This document shows positions 17,437-25,229 of a DNA stretch of 64,000 bases, piece by piece. The stretch comes from an uncultured Pseudomonadales bacterium. Lineage in GTDB: Bacteria > Patescibacteriota > Microgenomatia > UBA1400 > MFAQ01. The notes below the pieces were generated by a model, which worked only from the letters and a program-made list of their open reading frames with translations, did no database searches and had not been told where the DNA came from. The stretch is from assembly GCA_964357975.1 (NCBI GenBank), contig CAYHNG010000006.1, positions 487-64,486 on the forward strand, in the 5' to 3' direction. The position numbers and the translations under genes are program-made. The number at the start of each line of letters is the position of its first letter. Within the stretch, counting starts at the first letter, position 1.

Positions 17437-18109
17437 TGATGTCGATGTTTTTGATGGAGATATCGGTAGTAGGCTTGTCATCGTCCGAAATAGAAGTGGT
17501 GGCTATTTTATCGAGTACCGCCAGACTAGCCGAGTCGGACGCATCGATACGACCGAAAATGGTATAGAGTTTGGGCAATGGATAATCTTGATGAACAATA
17601 AAGAACTGACTGCCGTTGGTATTCTTACCGGCATTGGCCATAGCCAGAGTGCCTCTTAAATATTCGTCGGTGACGGGTTCGTCAGCAAAAGTGTATCCTG
17701 GCCCTCCCCTACCGGTACCGAGAGGATCGCCTCCTTGAATCATAAAATCCTTGATAACCCGATGGAAAATAACATTTTGATAGAGAGGCTTGCCACTTAT
17801 CACTTTGCCGGTTTTTGGATCGGTCCAATCTTTGGTGCCTTTTGCGAGGCCGATAAAATTAGCAACCGTATTGGGTGCTTTGTCCGGAAATAAATTAATC
17901 TTTATATCTCCGACGGAGGTATGAATGGTGGCGACGATTTTTTGGGACATAGGTGAGGGTGTAGCTGAATTAGTAATTTCTGGCGACGGAGTGATGACGG
18001 AAATGCTTGGTTCGGATAATTTGATACCCGTGGGGGAGGTTTTGGTGGAAGGTAGAAGTTGACATCCGGATAGGAACAGGGCGAATATTAGCGGAAGAAG
18101 TTTTTTCAT
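17426..18109 (-). CDS. cyclophilin-type peptidyl-prolyl cis-trans isomerase, lipoprotein
   Basis: Lipobox LSGC at the N-terminus. Cyclophilin motifs FHRVIKDFMIQGGDP and GTGRGGPGY. Confidence 0.85.
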   Translation of the reverse strand: MKKLLPLIFALFLSGCQLLPSTKTSPTGIKLSEPSISVITPSPEITNSATPSPMSQKIVATIHTSVGDIKINLFPDKAPNTVANFIGLAKGTKDWTDPKTGKVISGKPLYQNVIFHRVIKDFMIQGGDPLGTGRGGPGYTFADEPVTDEYLRGTLAMANAGKNTNGSQFFIVHQDYPLPKLYTIFGRIDASDSASLAVLDKIATTSISDDDKPTTDISIKNIDIIEN

Positions 18110-18118
18110 TGAAAATTA

Positions 18119-18829
18119 TTATATCGAAAAATCGGTCGAGTTCGCGTTGATTTTTTGGAGAATTTCTTCAGCTTCCTTCTTTCTAATAGACAGCTGGTGC
18201 TCGATGGAAATTTTAAGAGACTCACTGGCGATTTCCAGGGCTTTTTCTTTTTGACCTTCAAGAGCATATATCTTGGATAGTCCGTTCAAGGCTCCCGTCT
18301 CCCAAACTCTAATAGCATAAGCATTTAGGTCCCCGGTGCGTATCTCCGAAAGAGCTTCGCCAATAAGCGACTTGCCCAGCTCTTTTTCTCCCAGTAGATA
18401 CTTGATACCGCCGATATGAGCTTTGAGGCGACCTTTTTCGGGGAGGTCCGCCGTCGAGACGCTAAGAGCTTTCTCGAACAGTGGCAGTGATTCGCTTACC
18501 TTCCCATCCATGAGGAGGGCGTCCCCATAGGAACTGTAGGCAATAGAGAGAACGCGACCATCAAGCTTATCTGCATTGTGAACCCCGATGCGGTAAGCTT
18601 CGGAGGCAAATGAAATGGTGAGATTCTTATATGTTTGGTTTTGATTTTGACGGGAGAGTATTTTGTAGATGAGGCTTTGACCACCCAAACAATGAATGAG
18701 ACCGGCTTGATCATTGGCCGTAACAAGATCAAGAAGGCAATCGGTATATAACTTAGCGGCCTCGCCGTATTTTTCTGCCTCTCTTAAATCATTAGCCTCC
18801 GACAATCTTTTTTCCATGATTGCATCCAT
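18119..18829 (-). CDS. hypothetical TPR-like helical repeat protein
   Basis: 236 aa, all-helical with repeated A/L/Y-rich motifs. Confidence 0.5.
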   Translation of the reverse strand: MDAIMEKRLSEANDLREAEKYGEAAKLYTDCLLDLVTANDQAGLIHCLGGQSLIYKILSRQNQNQTYKNLTISFASEAYRIGVHNADKLDGRVLSIAYSSYGDALLMDGKVSESLPLFEKALSVSTADLPEKGRLKAHIGGIKYLLGEKELGKSLIGEALSEIRTGDLNAYAIRVWETGALNGLSKIYALEGQKEKALEIASESLKISIEHQLSIRKKEAEEILQKINANSTDFSI

Positions 18830-18855
18830 AGACTCTATGATAACATGGGACTAGT

Positions 18856-19182
18856 ATGCAGATGCCCATTGTGGTTGGAGTGATAGTGGCGATAATTTTT
18901 CTGATCTCTTTTTCGGAATGGTTTTATCACATGATAGAAGGATGGGGTGACATCGTCATTGATGATGTCTACTATAAATATCGAATTGTCGGGGTTTCCC
19001 TTTTTTCAATGATCATCGTGAGCACGACTTTTTTTGGAATGGCCTTGATCACTGAGTGTCCCAATGAACAAAGAGAGGGTATCCTTGCCGGACTAAGATG
19101 TGAAGAATATCTAAAAATAAAAGCCGGGACAGAAAAAATCTTTCCACAACTAGTGAAGGAACCGACTATTTTACCTGATTAG
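18856..19182 (+). CDS. small membrane protein (108 aa)
   Basis: Two or three predicted TM helices. Divergent from the TPR gene. Confidence 0.45.
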   Translation: MQMPIVVGVIVAIIFLISFSEWFYHMIEGWGDIVIDDVYYKYRIVGVSLFSMIIVSTTFFGMALITECPNEQREGILAGLRCEEYLKIKAGTEKIFPQLVKEPTILPD

Positions 19183-19208
19183 GAGGAGAAGGTCGTAGTT
19201 AAAAAAAG

Positions 19209-19532
19209 CTAATGTTTGGTGAGAAGTTTTTCCAATATACGCAAAGCTTTGTCTACCCATTTTTCAAGAAAGAAACGGTTATCTTTCTGAAGGGCCGGGT
19301 GACCGAATACAGGATTCCACCAAGCTGAGGTAATGACCCAATCGCTTCCCTGCCGTTTGACGGCGGCGACAATTTTATAGCCCCGGATAACTTTGATGTG
19401 TTTGTGGGAACTAGTGGTTGAACTGGCTTGCACCTCGTCCGGAAATCTGACCGCCGAATCCACCCAATCGGGATTTAGACCCCGCTGTTTGATTCTTTCC
19501 CGCAAATGAGTAGTCCAGATAACCTTGCCCAT
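19209..19532 (-). CDS. hypothetical small protein, possibly toxin-like (DUF4258/BrnT-like pattern)
   Basis: 107 aa. The N-terminal VIWTTHLRERIKQRGLNPDWV recalls the T-H-x-x-E-R-x-x-x-RGI signature of small RNase-toxin-like families. Its stop overlaps the SDR gene start. Confidence 0.4.
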   Translation of the reverse strand: MGKVIWTTHLRERIKQRGLNPDWVDSAVRFPDEVQASSTTSSHKHIKVIRGYKIVAAVKRQGSDWVITSAWWNPVFGHPALQKDNRFFLEKWVDKALRILEKLLTKH

Positions 19533-20749
19533 TATTTATTGAGTTTGACAAGATCGGGATCTTCTTGAAGAGGATTGGTGGGAGAGCTGGGGGGCAGCTC
19601 AACAGCAATTGAACCTGCTTCCAGGGGTGTATCTACCGGTGTCGGCACGGCGGTAACAGAAGGGACTGTTGCCGAAGGAGTATCAGTTTGCGGCACAACG
19701 TCAACCAAATGAACTCCGGAATCGGCGACCGGATTTTCGACCGCAACCGGTTCGGGTGAATCTATCTTCCCGGGTGTAATATCGATAACTCCCGAAGAAG
19801 TTTTTAGCTCCTGAGTGTCGATGACTGATTCCGACACAGTCGGAGCAACAGGTAAAGCCGGAGAGATATCTTCAACTTTCTCGGGGTGAACCTCTTCGGA
19901 ACTGCTAACTCCGGGTGTGATGTCGATGACGCCCGGTGTGTCGGGCAAGATATCGGGAGTGGTAGGGGGGGTAAAAGTGGATTGAGGTATCCCGGTTTGG
20001 GGAGTAATCATATCCGGATTTAGGTCGAGACCGATTTGAGGTGAGCCGCTGTCGTCCATATTTGTTATCTGATTAATATTTTTAATGCCGATATCCGGTA
20101 TTAGGGTATTCGGTAATAAGTTTATAACATATTCAACGACAGAAGCGACTTCGGAGGGGTCAAGAGCCTCGCTTAAATCTCTGTCAGCACCCTGTTTCTC
20201 AAAAAGTCCCGTCTTCATCAGTCCGGGGTAAATTCCGGTAACACCGATTTTGTCTCCGGCCAGGTCATTTTGGAGACAGTGGGTAAAACCGGTAATAGCC
20301 CATTTGGAGGCGGTATAAACACTCCGGTTTTCTTTCGCATGGAGACCATCTTGAGAAATGATATTGATGATCCGACCACCTTTGGCGGCTTTCATTGAAG
20401 GCAAGACGGACTTGGTGAGTAAAATGGTTCCGAGAGTATTGACGTTGATGACCTCTTGAATTTGCTTAACCTCGTTATCCTCCAAGCTACCCTGAATCCA
20501 GATACCGGCGTTATTGATTAGGACATCTATCTTTTGATATTTCTTCAAAACGGTATCAATAGCGGCACCTAAGGAAAGAGCATCCGTGACATCGGCCTCC
20601 ACAAAATCACAACCGATTTCTTTGGAGACAGTGACTAATTTTTCCCGATTGTGAGAAAGAATGATGACTTGATTTGAAGGTGAGAGTTTGGTGGCAATGG
20701 CCTTTCCCAGACCGTCGCTACCTCCTGAAATAAGAATTGTTTTGGGCAT
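19532..20749 (-). CDS. SDR-family oxidoreductase with long Pro/Thr-rich C-terminal tail
   Basis: Rossmann motif ISGGSDGLGKAIA, NNAG, and catalytic YTASK. A C-terminal tail of about 180 aa is Pro/Thr/Ser/Val-rich with an internal repeat GVIDITPG present twice. Confidence 0.8.
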   Translation of the reverse strand: MPKTILISGGSDGLGKAIATKLSPSNQVIILSHNREKLVTVSKEIGCDFVEADVTDALSLGAAIDTVLKKYQKIDVLINNAGIWIQGSLEDNEVKQIQEVINVNTLGTILLTKSVLPSMKAAKGGRIINIISQDGLHAKENRSVYTASKWAITGFTHCLQNDLAGDKIGVTGIYPGLMKTGLFEKQGADRDLSEALDPSEVASVVEYVINLLPNTLIPDIGIKNINQITNMDDSGSPQIGLDLNPDMITPQTGIPQSTFTPPTTPDILPDTPGVIDITPGVSSSEEVHPEKVEDISPALPVAPTVSESVIDTQELKTSSGVIDITPGKIDSPEPVAVENPVADSGVHLVDVVPQTDTPSATVPSVTAVPTPVDTPLEAGSIAVELPPSSPTNPLQEDPDLVKLNK

Positions 20750-20751
20750 GA

Positions 20752-22650
20752 TTAAAATGTTTGAATTGGTTGAGGAGGGAGAGGAACTCTGGGAGGAAGA
20801 AGCACCGGCGCTCGTCTTCTTTTGGAATCGATGTAATTACTAATGCCAAGTGCAATGATCATGAGAAGTGAAAAAATCATCAAGCCACCGGAAACACCAA
20901 TGTATAGCTGTCTTTGAACTCTCGTAAACCTGGGTGTCCGGTCCTCCACTCCACCAATTTTGGAGATGGTTTCCTGGAGATAACGACGGGCGGTAGGATG
21001 ATCGGGGTAAAGAGAAAGGACTTTTTCAAAATCGGTTTTGGCCAGCTTGAAATAGGATATCCAATAGTTATTTAAACCACTTTTCCAAACGGAATAGGTG
21101 TTGCCGGAATCTTCGGTAAGATTATTTTTGAGCATTAAATCTTTGAGATCTGCAATGTCTCTTAAAAAATTATAGTTGCCGCCTCCTTCGTCCGGAGTTA
21201 GGCCGTAAGTTGCGAGTCCGACCACTTTACCGTCGGCAGAGACGGCCGGCCCGCCACTGTTGCCGTGATTGATGGAAGCATCTGTTTGAATTAAATTTTT
21301 CTTATTACCCTTGGCTTGTTTAAAAGCACTGACGACACCTTTGGTAAAAGTGGGTTCGACGTTGGCTGAGGTGTCCAGTAAGACACTGCTGCTACCCATA
21401 ACCACTCCCGGATAACCAACCAGCAACAAGCCGGAGCCAACACCAATATCGGCCATTTTTCCCAACGGAAGGGCGGGGAAATTGGTTCCGTTGATCTTTA
21501 ACAAAGCTACATCCGAAGTGGTGAACCCTAGTGTGGGATCCGGCTCAGCATAATCTGAGGCAACCAGAGAAGCCGTAACGATCCCCGAGCCTACATTGAC
21601 GCCGGTCTTGGAAAGTTGAATTGGAGTGTTCCCTAGCTGGACAAAAAAATGACTTTCGGCAGCCTCGAGGGTGATTAAATTTTTCTTGTACATCTGTCCA
21701 ATTAAGCCAGCTACTTGGTAGATGGTTTCTTTTTTGGTATGAGCTTCTTTGACTTTGGTCTCAACCACAATTCTCTCGACCGGAGCGCCAGCCAATGTGG
21801 AATAATAAGCCAGAAGAGAATCGGTCAATAAATCATCGAGTCTTCCGGTGGTTACGGCATAAAAAATGGAAGTTTCCGGAAGATTACTGACAACATGTCC
21901 ATTGGTGGCGATATAACCGTCCTGGTGGACGAAGAAACCACTTCCGGCTTGGGCCAAGCAAAAAGGATAAGCTTTGTCGGAAAATTTGGCTTGGGCACAG
22001 AAATTGTTGAGGATCATGACCACCGAAGGCCGAACCAGCGCCGCGAGACGGGCCGAATCGTCCGGGGTAGAAACCCCTTTGACTACTCCGTTGCCGACCA
22101 GAAGGGTAACGTGGGAAATGATTTCCTGAATATCTCCCCAAGCGGAATTATCCGATGTAACAGTCAGCAAACTAAGATTATCAGCGTGAAACCACACATC
22201 GACAAACTTCTCTTCGCCCAGAAACCTGAAGGAGTAACTTTGAATAGTCCAATCCGGGAATGGCGACTTCGCGCCACCGAGTGATTTGGGAGTAGAAAAT
22301 TCCGAACCAAGAATCTGATTCAATCGAGCGAGATCAATTTTCCCGCTACTTATTCTAAGGGTAAGAGGCTTGGTTTGATGAGAAAATACCGGAACATTAT
22401 CTTGTGGGGGAAACCAGATGGCGGAATTGTATTTGACGATAACCGGAAGATTTTGTGAGTAGCCGTCCCAAGAGGTTTCGTTAGGAACCGGTTTTTCCGC
22501 CGGTAAGGCCGGCTGAAGATTATCGGCAAGACCGGTAGCTGCACGACTGGAAAGATCTTTTTGATCATCAAGAACCAAAAGAGCCAAACCGATAGATGAT
22601 AGGAAAAAAGTCAAAACAAACAAACCAATTAATCCTTTCTTGGGATTCAT
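20752..22650 (-). CDS. trypsin-like serine protease with C-terminal TPR-like region and TM anchor
   Basis: His region GSGFFVHQDGYIATNGHVV and Ser region NHGNSGGPAV of the S1 fold. N-terminal signal/TM helix and a C-terminal hydrophobic segment. Confidence 0.75.
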   Translation of the reverse strand: MNPKKGLIGLFVLTFFLSSIGLALLVLDDQKDLSSRAATGLADNLQPALPAEKPVPNETSWDGYSQNLPVIVKYNSAIWFPPQDNVPVFSHQTKPLTLRISSGKIDLARLNQILGSEFSTPKSLGGAKSPFPDWTIQSYSFRFLGEEKFVDVWFHADNLSLLTVTSDNSAWGDIQEIISHVTLLVGNGVVKGVSTPDDSARLAALVRPSVVMILNNFCAQAKFSDKAYPFCLAQAGSGFFVHQDGYIATNGHVVSNLPETSIFYAVTTGRLDDLLTDSLLAYYSTLAGAPVERIVVETKVKEAHTKKETIYQVAGLIGQMYKKNLITLEAAESHFFVQLGNTPIQLSKTGVNVGSGIVTASLVASDYAEPDPTLGFTTSDVALLKINGTNFPALPLGKMADIGVGSGLLLVGYPGVVMGSSSVLLDTSANVEPTFTKGVVSAFKQAKGNKKNLIQTDASINHGNSGGPAVSADGKVVGLATYGLTPDEGGGNYNFLRDIADLKDLMLKNNLTEDSGNTYSVWKSGLNNYWISYFKLAKTDFEKVLSLYPDHPTARRYLQETISKIGGVEDRTPRFTRVQRQLYIGVSGGLMIFSLLMIIALGISNYIDSKRRRAPVLLPPRVPLPPQPIQTF

Positions 22651-22672
22651 AATTTAAGTATACTTCGAAATT

Positions 22673-22788
22673 ATCCCCGCAAGAAATGCTAGTAGTTGAG
22701 GGTGCTGAATAACTTCGCCCTGTCATCCTCGCGAATGCGGGGATCTATATAAATAAGTTCCAGATGGATTCCCGATCAGGTCGGGAAT
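22673..22788. repeat. intergenic structured region: 9-bp inverted repeat ATCCCCGCA/TGCGGGGAT (54-nt spacer) plus hairpin ATTCCCGA-TCAGG-TCGGGAAT
   Basis: The two stem-loops were read directly from the sequence between convergent/tandem minus-strand genes. Neither is followed by a U-run. Confidence 0.4.
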
Positions 22789-22815
22789 GACAAATAAATA
22801 TATTATTCAACAGCC

Positions 22816-23064
22816 TCAGTAGTTTAGGTTGGATTTAGGAACTGGGGAGATCGGTTGGACGGGAGAGGTGGAAGAAGCTTCAGCGGAAGGACTGGCAACG
22901 GGAGAAAGAGAAATTGTAGGTGTGGTTTCCGCCGGGGAGAGGGTTGGAATAGCCTCCGGAAAATCATAGGTCTGGGAAGTAGTTTTTGGGCCGGTCCAAA
23001 ATATGGCAATGGCCACCCAGACAAGAACAATTAACGAAATGATGATCCAAGTAAGGTTTCTCAT
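22816..23064 (-). CDS. small membrane protein (82 aa) with Pro/Thr/Ser-rich tail
   Basis: Internal start MRNLTWIIISLIV... chosen because the longer ORF (to 23238) overlaps the upstream gene by more than 100 nt. One TM helix. Confidence 0.45.
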   Translation of the reverse strand: MRNLTWIIISLIVLVWVAIAIFWTGPKTTSQTYDFPEAIPTLSPAETTPTISLSPVASPSAEASSTSPVQPISPVPKSNLNY

Positions 23065-23120
23065 AATAAAAGTATACCCTGCCACAAAAGACCAAGATTG
23101 CTCTTGGTCTATTATAATTT

Positions 23121-24101
23121 TTAGACACTGACTCCGCCGAAGGTAATAGAAAGTCCCACACTGCGGACCTTGAGGTGGATGGTTTTTTCGGAACCAAACT
23201 CGATGAGTTTGCCGAAGTCGATACCGTTGATTTGACAAAGTGCTTTCCGACCAAGAACAGATACTTTCACCTGATTCCAGCTGTTGGGGTGAAAAACTAA
23301 CGAAGAAGGATCGAGATGGGTTTGATACTCCCCATTTAATTTGATGGACTTACCAATAAGGCGTTTGTCTTTATCAAAAGTCAGGACCCAACCATTGTTG
23401 TCGTCCAGACAAATCTCCAAAGCGTTGCTAAACTTTCCCGGTACCGGGTTTTCGGAAAGATAAAAATGAAAAACCATAAACTGGCCCGGAAGCAAACTTG
23501 CAAGAACGTTGCTATAGAGGAAGTGATCCGTGATGGCCTTGAGAGGAAAAAGGTTTCCCTTACCATTAGTTACACCATAGTTCCAATCGAGGTTTTGCAC
23601 CGGCTGAGAATTATTTTGGGAGCTCGGCGAAGTAGCCGGTGGTTTGGCGGGCCGGTTAGTGGAAGCCGGTGTACCGGTAGACTTGGAGACACCGGGTGGA
23701 GGAGTGACTGGGCGTTTGGGTGAAGTATTCGGCTTACCGGCGAGAGGTGGTTTGGTCTCGAGCGGACGACCATCGCCGGAAACAATAGTCAAAGTCGTCT
23801 CTTTGGGGTGCTTATATTCGACTAAGGTTCGACCTTTGGCCAGACAGGAACTACAAATATAGGGCGATCCTTGATAGGGAATATTGTATTTCCAGATGAA
23901 ATCGGCCAGAACCACACCAAGACAGTCGATATAACCCGAAAAAGTATCCAAGGCCATCCAGTTCTCACAGCGATCACACTTGAAAGTACAATCCATGATG
24001 CTATCTCGATCAAGAGCCATACAGGTCGGACAGTAAATTGCCTGATATGGATTGGGGACTTCCTTGCGGCACCTTACACAGTAGAGCGGCTTCTGGCTCA
24101 T
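23121..24101 (-). CDS. hypothetical protein with N-terminal multi-Cys zinc-ribbon region and Pro-rich linker
   Basis: CVRC...CPTC...CDRC...CSSC in the first 90 aa, then a PT-rich linker and a C-terminal roughly 170-aa beta-rich domain. Confidence 0.55.
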   Translation of the reverse strand: MSQKPLYCVRCRKEVPNPYQAIYCPTCMALDRDSIMDCTFKCDRCENWMALDTFSGYIDCLGVVLADFIWKYNIPYQGSPYICSSCLAKGRTLVEYKHPKETTLTIVSGDGRPLETKPPLAGKPNTSPKRPVTPPPGVSKSTGTPASTNRPAKPPATSPSSQNNSQPVQNLDWNYGVTNGKGNLFPLKAITDHFLYSNVLASLLPGQFMVFHFYLSENPVPGKFSNALEICLDDNNGWVLTFDKDKRLIGKSIKLNGEYQTHLDPSSLVFHPNSWNQVKVSVLGRKALCQINGIDFGKLIEFGSEKTIHLKVRSVGLSITFGGVSV

Positions 24102-24138
24102 ACAGTTCTCCTTGTAAAAGAACGGAATAAGTACCCGA

Positions 24139-24607
24139 TTATTTTACCACTGCGATCTTGTTTGAGATTATCTTGTTTTCGGTTAAGAAATGACTAACTT
24201 CGGCAATGGTATTTTCCGGCAATTCCTTAAAAAAACCATGTCGATCGGCACCTTTGTCGAGACTGATGTTACTGTTCATGGGAACACAGAGAAAAACGAG
24301 GGAGACCGAGTAACCGAATCCTCTTTCTTTTTCTTCACTAAAATATTCAATATAGCCCAGATGCTTTTGCGCTATGACCGGTATATTAAGCTCTTCTTTG
24401 GCTATTCTTTGAATGCAATCGGCAATCTTTTCCTGATAGTGAACACTGCCACCGGGAAGATGCCACTGGTTCACCGCCATCCGAATTTCTGAGAGTAAAC
24501 AGAATCCCCTCCTTGTTTCTAATAACGAGATCTATGGTAAGGCGAGTAACCCGAGAATAGATCGACTTGAATTCTTCATAAGGAAAGGGTTGTTTCCTTT
24601 GTTTCAT
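24139..24607 (-). pseudogene. NUDIX hydrolase gene split by a +/-1 frameshift near 24480-24495
   Basis: ORF 24386-24607 encodes the NUDIX N-terminus (...LTIDLVIRNKEGILFTLRNS). ORF 24139-24480 in another frame continues with ...WHLPGGSVHYQEKIADCIQRIAKEELNI (Nudix box GGx5Ex7R..EE). The two join only across a frame change. Confidence 0.5.
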
Positions 24608-24631
24608 ATATAACCTGCTTTCTTTATCGAC

Positions 24632-25222
24632 TTATTTTATTTCCTCACTCATATCAAGAATATCAACCGGTAGATTGTCCTCAATTCCCTCTTTCAACAT
24701 TTTTCTGGCTTGCCAAAACTCAGGTGGAATTTTCAGGTCCCCAATTATTTCGGCTCCTTCGGAGACTGTAACCAGTTTTGCAAGGCTAAAACCCGGTTGT
24801 TCGCACTCGATTATTTCGCCGGGTTGGTCATTTTCTTTCAGGGCGTATAGACACATCAACTCTCCTTGATGAACTTGCAAAGAAAAGCTAACTTCCTTAA
24901 CCGAAGAATCATATTTATAGACAGCGAGTCCGTCGGAAGTAATGTGAAATAGTAAGAATTTCCCCTGCTGAATATTTTCGTCAAAAACATGATCAGTCTC
25001 CACATATTGGGGCTCCGTCATACTTCCCGGCATGAATTCTATCAGGGATCCATCGACTATTTCCGCAGATACATCTTGATATTTCCAGGTTTTGAATCTG
25101 ACTCCCAAAACACCCTCGATTGTTGTCCATTCACTGACGACAATTGGACCGGAGAATTCTTCACTGGCGATGACACTACCATCAGGACTTTCAAAATTTA
25201 TTTTGTTTTCTTGGTTAGTCAT
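24632..25222 (-). CDS. hypothetical protein (196 aa), acidic
   Basis: ORF only; no motif recognised. Confidence 0.45.
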   Translation of the reverse strand: MTNQENKINFESPDGSVIASEEFSGPIVVSEWTTIEGVLGVRFKTWKYQDVSAEIVDGSLIEFMPGSMTEPQYVETDHVFDENIQQGKFLLFHITSDGLAVYKYDSSVKEVSFSLQVHQGELMCLYALKENDQPGEIIECEQPGFSLAKLVTVSEGAEIIGDLKIPPEFWQARKMLKEGIEDNLPVDILDMSEEIK

Positions 25223-25229
25223 GTTTATC

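Noticed and set aside
22816-23238. Long 140-aa version of the small membrane protein ORF
   Set aside because: The N-terminal 58 codons overlap the upstream gene (23121-24101) by more than 100 nt; the internal Met at 23064 gives a sensible TM protein without overlap.
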